Shown piece by piece: positions 1 through 9,583 of a DNA stretch of 64,000 bases; within the stretch, counting starts at the first letter, position 1, and each line of letters opens with the position of its first letter. The notes under the pieces are model-generated. The model did no database searches and was not told the origin of the DNA. It saw nothing but the letters and a program-made list of their open reading frames with translations. This DNA comes from Patescibacteria group bacterium (GTDB lineage Bacteria; Patescibacteriota; Minisyncoccia; Moranbacterales; JAKLHP01). Both the position numbers and the translations under genes were made by a program. The stretch spans positions 10,561 through 74,560 of the forward strand of contig JAZDKA010000034.1 of NCBI GenBank assembly GCA_043803385.1, written 5' to 3'.

Positions 1-1970
1 ATTCCCGAATTTTCTTCTTCTACTTTCTTTTCTTCCTCGGTCTTTTCCGTATATTTGCATTTGGGAAAGTTAGCGCAGGCAATGAATTTTCCAAATCTTC
101 CAAAGCGGACCAGAAGGTCTCCCCCGCACTCCGGGCATTTTTTTTCAAGTTTCTCTAAAACATTTTCTTTCTTTACTTCTTTAGTCTTTTTTTCCAAATG
201 TTCATGGAAAGGGCCATAGAATTCGCGGATTACCGGAACCCATTCTTTTTTCCCTTCAGCGATTTCATCAAACTCCGCTTCAATAATAGCAGTGAATTTG
301 ATATCCATTATCTCCGGAAAATGTTCCGATAAAAGATCGTTCACTAATAATCCGATCTCCAGGGGATACAGTTTTTTCTCTTCATTTTTATCGACATATT
401 TCCTGTCAATGATAGTTGAAATAGTGGGAGCATAAGTTGAAGGGCGTCCGATTCCGTTTTCTTCCAGCACCTTAACTAATGCCGCTTCGCTGTATCTTGG
501 CGGGGGAGTGGTTGATTTTTGCTGGGTCAAAACATCAATTAAATCCAATCCGTCTCCCATTTTCATTTTGGGAAGGATATTCTCGCTAGCAGGCTTATCT
601 CCATATATTTTTAGAAAACCATCGAATTTTATTGTTGAACCATTAGCTCGCAAAAGATAAGCCCCCACACCAATATTATTATTGTGATTGATTGAGGGTG
701 AAGAGTTATTGCTATTGGTGTGGGGGTAAATATTTTTATCCACTTTTGCTTCAATATCGGCTCGCACTGAATCCATAATAGCCGGCTGCATTTGGGAAGC
801 AACCATTCTTTTCCAGATGAGATTGTATAATTTGTATTGGCTTTCTTCTAATTTTCCTCTCAATTCTTCAGGAAGCTTTTCGGGGTATGATGGACGAATT
901 GCTTCATGAGCTTCCTGGGCTCCTTTGCTTTTAGTTTTGAAAAATCTCGGATCAGTAAGAGCGTAATTCTTTCCAAATTCTTTTTCAATTACCTTCTTGG
1001 CTTTGAGCATTGATTCCAGGGACAAATTAACGCTGTCAGTTCTCATATAGGTGATGAATCCCTGTTCGTAGAGTTTTTGGGCAGTTATCATTGTTGTCTT
1101 AGCGGAAAAACCAAGCGTATTAATTGCAATTTGTTGAAGAGTTGAAGTCGTGAAAGGCGCGGAAGGATAGCGCAAAATCTCTTTTTCCTCAATGTCGTTT
1201 ACCTTGAAAGAAGATGATTTGAGCTCGGAGGCGATTTCTTCAGCCGTTTTCTCATCGGTTAAAATAGTTTTTTTGGTCTTGTAATCGCCGGCAAAAAGCT
1301 TTAACGTTATTATTTGTTCGACTTTTTCTCCATTTTTTTCGATTAAATTTGAATCGAATTCAGCATTGTCCTTTTTAAGCCTGGCTGAAATTGTCCAGAA
1401 TTCTTCTTTCTTGAATTTTTCAATTTCGCGCTCTCTTTCCACTATCAATCTCAAGGCTACCGATTGCACCCGTCCGGCAGAAAGCCCCCTTTTTATTTTT
1501 TTCCAGAGGAAGGGAGAAAGTTCATATCCGACCAATCTGTCCAGAATTCTTCTTGCTTGCTGGGCATTTACCAGATTTATGTCCAACTCCCTCGGTCTTT
1601 CAAGTGCTTTTTCAATAGCAGTCTTAGTAATCTCATGGAATGCTATTCTCTCGTATTTTTTTCCATTTTTCTTATTAAGCCCGAGCGCTTCAAGCAAGTG
1701 CCAAGCAATTGCTTCTCCTTCCCGATCTTCATCAGTCGCAAGAATTATTTCACTGGCATCTTCAGCCGCACCCTTAAGAATAGCCACTTTATCCTTGGCT
1801 TTTTTAGGAATGATATATTTAGGAGTAAAATCATTTTCAATATCTACTCCCATGGTGCTAGTCGGGAGATCCCTAACGTGGCCATAGGATGATTTCACAA
1901 CATATTCCTTGCCTAAGAATTTAGAAATAGTTCTGGCTTTAGTCGGAGACTCGACGATGATTAATTTCAT
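1..1970 (-). CDS. topA: DNA topoisomerase I (type IA), 3' end runs off the window
   Basis: Minus strand from ATG at 1970 reads MKLIIVESPTKARTISKFLG; later ATDEDREGE, QKLYEQGFITYMRTD, AQEAHEAIRP, GIGRPSTYA and a C-terminal zinc ribbon (CPECG). Absent from the ORF track because it is open-ended. Confidence 0.96.
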   Translation of the reverse strand, partial: MKLIIVESPTKARTISKFLGKEYVVKSSYGHVRDLPTSTMGVDIENDFTPKYIIPKKAKDKVAILKGAAEDASEIILATDEDREGEAIAWHLLEALGLNKKNGKKYERIAFHEITKTAIEKALERPRELDINLVNAQQARRILDRLVGYELSPFLWKKIKRGLSAGRVQSVALRLIVEREREIEKFKKEEFWTISARLKKDNAEFDSNLIEKNGEKVEQIITLKLFAGDYKTKKTILTDEKTAEEIASELKSSSFKVNDIEEKEILRYPSAPFTTSTLQQIAINTLGFSAKTTMITAQKLYEQGFITYMRTDSVNLSLESMLKAKKVIEKEFGKNYALTDPRFFKTKSKGAQEAHEAIRPSYPEKLPEELRGKLEESQYKLYNLIWKRMVASQMQPAIMDSVRADIEAKVDKNIYPHTNSNNSSPSINHNNNIGVGAYLLRANGSTIKFDGFLKIYGDKPASENILPKMKMGDGLDLIDVLTQQKSTTPPPRYSEAALVKVLEENGIGRPSTYAPTISTIIDRKYVDKNEEKKLYPLEIGLLVNDLLSEHFPEIMDIKFTAIIEAEFDEIAEGKKEWVPVIREFYGPFHEHLEKKTKEVKKENVLEKLEKKCPECGGDLLVRFGRFGKFIACANFPKCKYTEKTEEEKKVEEENSG
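662..726. repeat. 14-bp perfect inverted repeat element lying in frame inside topA
   Basis: cccccacaccaata (662-675) and tattggtgtggggg (713-726). Confidence 0.85.
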
Positions 1971-2064
1971 ATTGCGGGATTGAACGATTAACGGATTAAC
2001 GTATTAAAGAATTGTTTTTCAATTCGTTAATTCTTTAATTCGCCAATGCTTTAATTTAATAATT

Positions 2065-3150
2065 TTATAGTATTATATAATTTTGCCCTCCAATATCTTT
2101 CACCATCCCTTTCATTTCCATCATAACCAGCGCGGAGCTTAAAGTTGCTGTTTTAAGTTTAGTTATTTTAAGCAGCTTGTCAATGTGAATAGGTTCATTT
2201 CCCAAATTTTTTAGGATAATTTCTTCTTCCGGAGAATCGGGGATTATTTCTCTGGCTTTTTCTATTCCAGCCCTTTTTTCCAGTCGAAGCTCTTCTAAAA
2301 TATCCTGAACGCCGGAAACCAATTTTGCGCCTTTTTTGATTAGCTTATTTGTCCCTTGCGAACTTTCGGAAAATATTGGTCCGGGAACGGAAAATACTTC
2401 CCGATTAAATTCCAAAGCCAAATTGGCGGTTATCAAACTTCCGCTGTCAAGCTGGGCTTCAATTACTAAAGTTCCAAGAGTAAGACCGGCCATGAGTCTA
2501 TTGCGAGCAGGAAAATTTCCCGGAATCGATTGGACTCCCAACGGGAAATCACTTAAAAGCGCGCCACTGTCAATTATTTTTTTGGAAAGCTGAAAGTTGG
2601 CGCGCGGTCCGATATTATTGTCTTCCAAGCTGCTTCCAAGTACAGCAATTGTTTTTCCCTTGGCTTCAAGCGCTCCAATATGCGCTTCAGCGTCAACTCC
2701 CAACGCCATTCCACTCACCACGGTTATTCCGGCCATCACTAAATCTCTGGCAAAACTATAGGCGGCTTGTTTCCCATAGCTGGTCATTTTTCTCGATCCG
2801 ACAATAGCTATGGCGGGATTTTTAAATAACTCCGTGATTTCCAAACTACTCTTTATATATAATATGTAGGGGGCGCTGGGTATTTCACGAAGAAGCGGAG
2901 GATAATCAGGATTTTGAAAATCAATTGCTTTAATATTTTCTTTGGCGAGCTTTTCCATTTCTTCTTCTGGATTTATTTTCTCTCTTTCGGATATTATTTT
3001 ATTCAATAGGCTTTCTCCAATCCCGCTTTGGATAAGTTCCTTGCAATTTGCTTTCCAAATGCTTTCAGAAGAATCGAAAAAATCTAAAAGCATTTTCATC
3101 TTCTGGGGGCCAAGTCCCTGGATTTTGTTGAGAGCATTAAGATATTTCAT
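2065..3150 (-). CDS. dprA: DNA-protecting protein DprA
   Basis: IAIVGSR, VVSGMALGVDAEAH, FPARNR, SGSLITA and GTNKLIK motifs; C-terminal wHTH. Confidence 0.96.
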   Translation of the reverse strand: MKYLNALNKIQGLGPQKMKMLLDFFDSSESIWKANCKELIQSGIGESLLNKIISEREKINPEEEMEKLAKENIKAIDFQNPDYPPLLREIPSAPYILYIKSSLEITELFKNPAIAIVGSRKMTSYGKQAAYSFARDLVMAGITVVSGMALGVDAEAHIGALEAKGKTIAVLGSSLEDNNIGPRANFQLSKKIIDSGALLSDFPLGVQSIPGNFPARNRLMAGLTLGTLVIEAQLDSGSLITANLALEFNREVFSVPGPIFSESSQGTNKLIKKGAKLVSGVQDILEELRLEKRAGIEKAREIIPDSPEEEIILKNLGNEPIHIDKLLKITKLKTATLSSALVMMEMKGMVKDIGGQNYIIL

Positions 3151-3184
3151 AATACTCCTTTGAATATACCAGGATTTTCATTGC

Positions 3185-3213
3185 TTGACAAAAGACAAAT
3201 AGTTTGCTATATT
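3185..3213 (+). promoter_or_regulatory. sigma70-type promoter, divergent from dprA
   Basis: ttgaca-17 bp-tatatt. Confidence 0.6.
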
Positions 3214-3280
3214 AGACCGTTATAGTAGTTATTTAAAAAGATACAAAAAGTGCCTACTTTTGGCATTTTGAAGACTAAAT

Positions 3281-3400
3281 GGTTTTCGGTATTTCGCCCG
3301 CAGATCTGAAGCGGCGATCCTCCTTACGTCCGTTAGGTGAAATATATCTGATCTTGAAATTTCAAGAGAAGATATTACTGCAGGCGAAATTCCGGAAATC
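3281..3400 (+). other. long GC-rich stem-loop, candidate structured leader RNA or element
   Basis: 3281-3303 pairs with 3378-3400 (23 bp with G-U pairs and 2 mismatches); internal hairpin tcttgaaatttcaaga. Confidence 0.5.
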
Positions 3401-3832
3401 AATTTTTTTAAAATAAAGGGAGGATAAGATGGAAAAATATTACAGATGGGCTGAAGATGCGTTAGGGGTTTTGCTGGGGATAGTGTTATTTTTATTGGCT
3501 ACTGTAGTCTATTCTGATATAAAAGAGGGGACTTCCTTCACATTTATGGGGCTAGCTGTGATTTTTATGTTCTTTGTTGTCAGCGTAGCCTCTATTCTTC
3601 TCGGCAAGTATGTTTATCAATCCAGGGAAAACGAAAAAGCAATCGTGCTAGGCAAGGAAATTTATGAGGAAATAGAAAAAAATACTCCGAAGTCAGGCAT
3701 CGCTCAAAAAGTAATCGTAGAAATGAGAGTGGTGGCAGATACGAAGTATGGGCAGATAAAGAAATTGAGGTGGGGAAAAATATAGAATTCATACAGAGGA
3801 AAATACTACTGCAGACTAAATTCCGGAAATCA
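3372..3832 (+). repeat. 30-bp direct repeat bracketing the 3429-3785 ORF
   Basis: atattactgcaggcgaaattccggaaatca (3372-3401) vs atactactgcagactaaattccggaaatca (3803-3832), 27/30 identical. Confidence 0.8.
3429..3785 (+). CDS. hypothetical protein with two transmembrane helices
   Basis: SD (gggagg) upstream; two hydrophobic segments. Confidence 0.7.
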   Translation: MEKYYRWAEDALGVLLGIVLFLLATVVYSDIKEGTSFTFMGLAVIFMFFVVSVASILLGKYVYQSRENEKAIVLGKEIYEEIEKNTPKSGIAQKVIVEMRVVADTKYGQIKKLRWGKI

Positions 3833-4040
3833 TTTTATATTATTGGAGGTGGCATAAGTTTAATACCTAACACAACAAGGGAGGTGGGAGAAGAAAGAGA
3901 ATAAGGATGAAGTATGGGAGAAGATTTGCGTCGTCGCATTGCAATAATTGCAATAAATGCGATGGCAAAAACCTTCTCCTGTTTTTTATTTTCCAAATCG
4001 CTTCTTTTTCTAAAGATTCTTATTTTTCATTTAATTTCAG

Positions 4041-4076
4041 TATAACATTTTTCTTCGATCGCGGAAATGTGTTATA
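4041..4076. repeat. 36-bp imperfect palindromic repeat, copy 1
   Basis: tataacatttttcttcgatcgcggaaatgtgttata. Confidence 0.85.
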
Positions 4077-4118
4077 CTATTTGCATGAGTTAATTTTTCA
4101 TTGTATCCGTCCTATCTT

Positions 4119-4719
4119 ATGAATAAAAATAAAAATTTAAAAGTAAAAAGCGGAAGATTTATTGCGGAAAAAATAATTAAAAATTCTATAAGTGCTTCAG
4201 CCTGGGCATTTTCTATGCTTATTGATTTGGGAGAATTGACCATTGAATCTTTTCTTAATCCTTCATACTATGCCGACTTTCCAAATACTTCGGCAATGCT
4301 ATTTACGGAATCAAAATCTTCCAAAAAGAAGAAAGTAAAATTTAGCGAACCGGCGATAAGGCAAAGTATCTGGAGATTGAAAAAACTGGGATTTGTGGAA
4401 AAGTAAAGAAGGGAGATTCACACTTTCATTGGTTGGAAAGATTTTAGCTAAATATATAATCAGCCGAAAAAAAGTTCTAAACAAAAAATGGGATGGGAAA
4501 TATAGGGTGGTTATTTTTGATATTCCTGAAGAAAAGAGGAAAATCAGGGACTGGCTAAGAGGGGAGCTGGACTTACTGGATTATAAAAAACTTCAAAAAA
4601 GTGTTTTTATAAGTAAATTTTCGCTGACTAGTGATTTGATAAAAGAAATAAAAAACAAAAAAATAGGTAGCTATGTAAATTATCTACTAGTTGATAAAGT
4701 ATACAAAAATATTATTTAG
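4119..4719 (+). pseudogene. PaaX-like / Cas2-like protein (wHTH plus ferredoxin-like domain), split by a +1 frameshift near 4404
   Basis: ORF 4119-4406 ends IWRLKKLGFVEK*; the +1 frame continues KEGRFTLS...KWDGKYRVVIFDIPEEKRKIRDWLR...LQKSVF, typical of PaaX-family central domains. Confidence 0.75.
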
Positions 4720-4741
4720 ATTATGCAACGTAATTTATTGC

Positions 4742-4777
4742 TATAACACTTTTCTTCGATCGCGTAAATGTGTTATA
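4742..4777. repeat. 36-bp imperfect palindromic repeat, copy 2
   Basis: tataacacttttcttcgatcgcgtaaatgtgttata, 34/36 identical to copy 1. Confidence 0.85.
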
Positions 4778-5300
4778 AAATTATTTTTATTTTTTTCGCC
4801 AGATTTTTTATTGTTTCCAATTCTTCTTCTGAAAAATCTTGAAGTACAAAAACATCGCCGGGAATCACTCGGTTTTTTCTTTGCTCTATTCCTTCAATTC
4901 CGATTCGAGTTCTTTTGAAATTTCGAGTTCCGAGTTTATCGATGATGTCTTGCACGCCATTATGTCCGGCTGGTCCCGAATCGTTTGAGATTTTAAATTC
5001 GCCTAAGTTTATATCCAGGTCATCATGGATGACAGTAATATCTTCCGGAACCAGTTTGCAGAAATTGATTATTTTCCGGACTGCTTCACCGGATTCATTC
5101 ATAAAGGTTTGTGGTTTGGTTAAAATAATTTTATCGTTCTCAAAATTTCCTTCGGAGATATCCGCGTTGAATTTTTTGGAAAATTCAAAATCAGGAAAGT
5201 TCCATTCTCTCTTAAGCTCATCAAGAATTATAAAACCGGCATTGTGGCGATTGTTTTTATATTTTTCTCCGGGATTTCCGAGTCCGATTATTATCTTCAT
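4773..5300 (-). CDS. pth: peptidyl-tRNA hydrolase
   Basis: MKIIIGLGNPG, RHNAGF, KPQTFMNESG, HDDLD, GHNG; start trimmed to ATG at 5300. Confidence 0.97.
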   Translation of the reverse strand: MKIIIGLGNPGEKYKNNRHNAGFIILDELKREWNFPDFEFSKKFNADISEGNFENDKIILTKPQTFMNESGEAVRKIINFCKLVPEDITVIHDDLDINLGEFKISNDSGPAGHNGVQDIIDKLGTRNFKRTRIGIEGIEQRKNRVIPGDVFVLQDFSEEELETIKNLAKKIKIIL

Positions 5301-5367
5301 GGAACATTGAACATAGAACATGGAACAAAATAGCCGTTTCATGTTTTATGCTATGTGTTATATGGTT

Positions 5368-6939
5368 TTATTTTTTTATTAAATCAAAATATTCCTGTTT
5401 TTCTTCCGCGTTCTTGAACTCTTCAATGTTTCCTTCCTCGAAAGATTCAATGTTCCCAAGATCACTTCCTAAAATTAGCACCAAATCACTCTCGCTTTCT
5501 ATTATATCACGATAATTATTATTCAGCTTTGCGTCCAATTTTTTGACAATTTCATCAAGCGTAAATAATTTTTGTCCCCGAGTATTATCATACACCGTAG
5601 TTTTCTCTGAAATTTTGTTGTTTACCGAAGATTCTATTGAAACGTTTTTAATCCCCATTTTATCATTGAGCAATTCTTTTATTTTTTGCGGCAAATTGGG
5701 ATATCCGCTTTGGTTGGCAATTATTATGCTAGCATTTTCTTTTTCTATTTCCGCTTTTCTCCGTCGAATGCTATCTAAGTCAAAAATATTTTCAAAAATA
5801 TCCTGAATCTCGCTGTAATTTCCAACTCTTGGGACAAGGACAAAAGCCTGAACGCCTCCTGCGAATACGTGGGAAACCTTGAGGACGCTGTCCTTCTCCC
5901 AGGCATCAATTACCGCATTAGCAATGTTTTGAGTATCGAGCTCTTTGCTTAGGTTGAGAAAGCTTTCAATGTCGTCTATTTTTATGTCAGTTTTGATATT
6001 GTCTCCAAGATCTGTGAGTAAACTGTTAAGCCTCAAGGGATTTATAAAAATTTTGAGCGAAAAAATTTTATTTTTAGCCGATTGCATGACTTGCTGCTGC
6101 CTCTTAGCTCTTCCGAAATCTCCTTCCGGATCATCGTGCCTTTCGCGGACGTACTTAAGTGCCGTATCGCCATTCATAAGATAGGTTCCTTTTTTAATTT
6201 CGAAAGTCTCATAGCTGTAATTCGGTCCCGGATATCTCGGATCGTAGATATCTCTTTCTACGGAAACATTTATTCCTCCGATGTCGTCAATTATTTTTTT
6301 GAATCCGTCAAAGTCCAAAATGACGAAATAATTAACAGGAGCTCCAATTATATCTTCAATGGTTTTTCTGATTGGCTGGACGCTTTCATTGCGGTTTATT
6401 CCGTATTGGTAGATGGAATTTATTTTTGTATAATATGAAGTTTCGGGAATATTAGCGTAGAAATCTCGAGGAAGCGAAAAAAGGGAATTTTTTTTGTTTT
6501 TTGTATCAATACTCATTACCATTATCGTATCAGTAAGATTTTGTCCGGGTTTTCCTTTACCGGCGGTGCCGAGAAGCAAAATATTTATTCTTCCGTTTTC
6601 TTCTCCTCTTAATGGCTTTCTTTTGTCAGGAATAAAAGATGAGATTAGTGAACTCACATTTCCAATCACAGAGCTTTTTTCATTTTCAATTCCTATTTTT
6701 TTTCCAACGAACCCGATTTTGAAAGCGAAATATCCTCCCCAAGCAATTGCCAGAATTAACACGGCAAAAATAATTATCTTTGCTATTTTTTTCAAAAAAG
6801 CCCGAGCAGGCTTTTTTTCTTTAGCCTCTTTCACAAGCTCTCTTTCCTTCAGATAAATATCCCGGTTATTGTTGATAAATGATTCATAAGAAGAATAAGG
6901 ATTCTCCGATTCCTTTTTTCTGATTTTTGTTATATCCAT
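5368..6939 (-). CDS. LCP (LytR-CpsA-Psr) family protein with LytR C-terminal domain
   Basis: One TM helix, NILLLG, TDTIMV, SLPRD, GDFGRAKRQQQV. Confidence 0.92.
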   Translation of the reverse strand: MDITKIRKKESENPYSSYESFINNNRDIYLKERELVKEAKEKKPARAFLKKIAKIIIFAVLILAIAWGGYFAFKIGFVGKKIGIENEKSSVIGNVSSLISSFIPDKRKPLRGEENGRINILLLGTAGKGKPGQNLTDTIMVMSIDTKNKKNSLFSLPRDFYANIPETSYYTKINSIYQYGINRNESVQPIRKTIEDIIGAPVNYFVILDFDGFKKIIDDIGGINVSVERDIYDPRYPGPNYSYETFEIKKGTYLMNGDTALKYVRERHDDPEGDFGRAKRQQQVMQSAKNKIFSLKIFINPLRLNSLLTDLGDNIKTDIKIDDIESFLNLSKELDTQNIANAVIDAWEKDSVLKVSHVFAGGVQAFVLVPRVGNYSEIQDIFENIFDLDSIRRRKAEIEKENASIIIANQSGYPNLPQKIKELLNDKMGIKNVSIESSVNNKISEKTTVYDNTRGQKLFTLDEIVKKLDAKLNNNYRDIIESESDLVLILGSDLGNIESFEEGNIEEFKNAEEKQEYFDLIKK

Positions 6940-7026
6940 ATCCCTATGTTAGCCTACTTTATGGGACACTTGCAAGAGCCGAAAATTTGTGCTACAATGC
7001 TTTTGTTTGCTAGTATTTTTGCATAA

Positions 7027-7665
7027 ATGGAAGAAAAAAATCCCGAAAAAAGCAATGTTTTTCAAGGAAAGAAAGAATCTTACCTGGGAGTGGGGAATTT
7101 TCTGCTGGAAATTGTCAAAGTATTCATTCTCGCTTTTGTGATAATTGTGCCGATAAGAGTCTTTCTTTTCCAGCCGTTTTTTGTCCAAGGAGCCAGCATG
7201 GAGCCGAATTTTGAAGATGGACAATACCTGATTATCAATGAATTAGGATATAAGGAGACAAGCATAGGAATTGCCGGCAAGCAGTTATTTGCAATGAGCT
7301 CATTTAAAGAGCTGAAAAGAGGCGATGTAGTGGTTTTTAGATATCCCAAGGATCCCAAGCAATTTTTCATAAAGAGAATTGTTGCTCTTCCCGGAGAGAA
7401 AATGAAAATAAGCGAGGGAAAGGTTTTTATTTTCAACAAGGAAAATCCGGAGGGATTTGTTTTGGATGAAAGTATGTATTTATCCGGAAATGCTAAGACC
7501 TCCGGAGATTTGACGGAACAGCTTAGTGAAGACCAGTACTTTGTAATGGGAGATAACCGTTCATATAGCCATGATTCGAGAGCTTTCGGTCCCATAGGAA
7601 AAGAATTTATTGTCGGAAGGGTTTTGGTTAGAGCTTGGCCGTTCGATAAAGCGGAAGTATATTAA
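7027..7665 (+). CDS. lepB: signal peptidase I
   Basis: GASMEPNF (Ser), FIKRIV (Lys), GDNRSYSHDSR. Confidence 0.96.
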   Translation: MEEKNPEKSNVFQGKKESYLGVGNFLLEIVKVFILAFVIIVPIRVFLFQPFFVQGASMEPNFEDGQYLIINELGYKETSIGIAGKQLFAMSSFKELKRGDVVVFRYPKDPKQFFIKRIVALPGEKMKISEGKVFIFNKENPEGFVLDESMYLSGNAKTSGDLTEQLSEDQYFVMGDNRSYSHDSRAFGPIGKEFIVGRVLVRAWPFDKAEVY

Positions 7666-7805
7666 AAATTTCTAATTCACCTAATTTCTAATTTCTAATC
7701 AATTTATAATGACAAAATATCTAATGTCCAAAATTTTATTCAGTTGGACAATTGGGGTTTGATTAGGTCAATTAGGTCAATTAGAAATTAATAAAATTTA
7801 TTTTT

Positions 7806-9170
7806 ATGGTTAAGAAAGTAAAAATTAAGAAAAAATATAAGAAGAAAGGAAAAGTAATTAAAACAAGTGTAATTGATACTATTCTCTTGCAGCCTCCTCG
7901 CGGTATGCGGGATATTTTGCCAGAAGACCAGCCTTATTGGGAACACATAAGAAAAAATTTATCCAGGCTTTCATATGAATATGGATTTCAGAGAATAGAT
8001 GTTCCTCTGGTTGAATATGCCAATTTGTTCAATCGTTCAATCGGAGAAGGAACTGACATTATCGATAAAGAAATGTATGCTTTTACTACTCGAGGGGGAG
8101 ATAGAGTAGCACTTCGTCCGGAAATGACAGCTGGGATATGCAGGGCTTACATCCAGCACGGGATGAACGTTCTTTCTAAACCGATCAAGCTATTTTCAAT
8201 TGGCCAGATTTATCGATATGACAGGCCCCAGGAGGGAAGATACCGCGAGCATTGGCAAGCCAATTTTGACATTTTCGGAGAAGATAATCCCATTATGGAC
8301 GCCCACCTTATCCAGCTTGCTCATCGTTTAGTGACGTCGCTAGGGATAAAAAATATCGAATTTCAAATAAACAGCATCGGATGCGCCCAATGCCGAAAAG
8401 ACTATCGAAATCTTTTAGTGAGCTACTTTGAATCAAGAAAGCAAAAGCTTTGCCAGAATTGCAAAAGAAGATTGGAAGTTAATCCACTTCGCATTCTTGA
8501 CTGTAAAGAAGACAAGTGTGTTCAAGTGGGATCAAATGCTCCGCAAACAGTCGACCATTTGTGCGCTGATTGCCATTTGCATTTCAAAAATCTGCTTGAA
8601 TATCTTGATGAACTGAATTTGCCGTATGTTATTAATAATAGATTGGTAAGAGGACTGGATTATTATACCCGAACAGTTTTTGAAATTTGGTCCGGAGAAA
8701 AAGGAGGAAAGAATTTTTCTTTGGGCGGAGGAGGAAGATATGACAGGCTTATTAAAATGCTCGGGGGGGAAGATACTCCCGCAATCGGTTTCGGGCTGGG
8801 GCTCGATAGAATTGCTATTGAAATGAAGAGAACTAATGTGAAAATACATAAAACTCCGGCTCCGAGAGTGTTTTTGGCTCAATTAGGAGAATTGGCTAAG
8901 AAAAAAAGTTTGAATATGTTTTCTGAACTGGAAAAAAATGGAATTCCAGTGGCAGAGAGTTTTGGAAGAGGAAGCCTCAAATCCCAGCTTAGAGTGGCAG
9001 ACAAATTTCAGGTTGAAATAACTTTAATTATCGGGCAGAAGGAAGCTTTGGATGACACAGTGATTGTTAAAAATATGAAAACCGGTTCACAGGAAACAGT
9101 GGCAAATGAGAAAATAATCAATGCAGTAAAAAAAATACTTAAGAACGATATAATAGTTTCGCACGCATAA
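7806..9170 (+). CDS. hisS: histidine--tRNA ligase
   Basis: PRGMRD, ALRPEMTA, RYDRPQEGRYRE, LVRGLDYY, GGGRYD. Confidence 0.97.
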   Translation: MVKKVKIKKKYKKKGKVIKTSVIDTILLQPPRGMRDILPEDQPYWEHIRKNLSRLSYEYGFQRIDVPLVEYANLFNRSIGEGTDIIDKEMYAFTTRGGDRVALRPEMTAGICRAYIQHGMNVLSKPIKLFSIGQIYRYDRPQEGRYREHWQANFDIFGEDNPIMDAHLIQLAHRLVTSLGIKNIEFQINSIGCAQCRKDYRNLLVSYFESRKQKLCQNCKRRLEVNPLRILDCKEDKCVQVGSNAPQTVDHLCADCHLHFKNLLEYLDELNLPYVINNRLVRGLDYYTRTVFEIWSGEKGGKNFSLGGGGRYDRLIKMLGGEDTPAIGFGLGLDRIAIEMKRTNVKIHKTPAPRVFLAQLGELAKKKSLNMFSELEKNGIPVAESFGRGSLKSQLRVADKFQVEITLIIGQKEALDDTVIVKNMKTGSQETVANEKIINAVKKILKNDIIVSHA

Positions 9171-9289
9171 TAATAACCGATTCGAATCAACGAATTAAAT
9201 TCGAATTTACGAATATATTTAAAAATTAGAAATTCGTAGATTCGCATGCATTTGTAGTTTCGCATTGCGTTTATAGAAAGGGGGTTTTT

Positions 9290-9544
9290 GTGATCGAAGT
9301 AAGAAAAAAGGATAAAGAAACATCAGAAAGCCTAATTAGAAGATTTTCCCGCAGAGTTCAACAAAGCGGTGTTTTGGTGCATGCCAGAAAGTCAAGATTT
9401 CTCAAAGATGAAAAAAGCAAAAGAGAGAAAAGAAACGAAGCGCTATATAAGATTAAAATTAGGAAAGAAATCGACAAGCTCAAAAAGCTAGGAAAATTCG
9501 ACGAAGAAGCTTTGAAGAACATTAAGAGGAAGATGGAAGGATAA
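9290..9544 (+). CDS. rpsU: 30S ribosomal protein bS21-like
   Basis: Short basic protein ESLIRRFSRRVQQSGVL, upstream of yqeY (conserved rpsU-yqeY order); GTG start. Confidence 0.75.
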   Translation: MIEVRKKDKETSESLIRRFSRRVQQSGVLVHARKSRFLKDEKSKREKRNEALYKIKIRKEIDKLKKLGKFDEEALKNIKRKMEG

Positions 9545-9583
9545 ATATTGGAAATTTTAAATTTAGATTTTAAAATTGCGTTT

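Noticed and set aside
1366-1892. Plus-strand ORFs over topA, and similar antisense ORFs over ftsZ, clpC, pilM, gatA and gyrB
   Set aside because: They are shadow ORFs opposite well-supported genes.
3330-3342. M-box (ykoK) riboswitch suggested by cgttaggtga
   Set aside because: The similarity stops after about 10 nt and no Mg transporter gene follows.
3907-4122. 71-aa ORF upstream of the PaaX-like gene
   Set aside because: It runs through the 36-bp repeat, has no motif and is probably a remnant or spurious.
4041-4777. CRISPR array suggested by 36-bp repeats and a Cas2-like gene
   Set aside because: Only two copies, 665 bp apart; no spacer-sized intervals and no cas1 or effector gene in the window.
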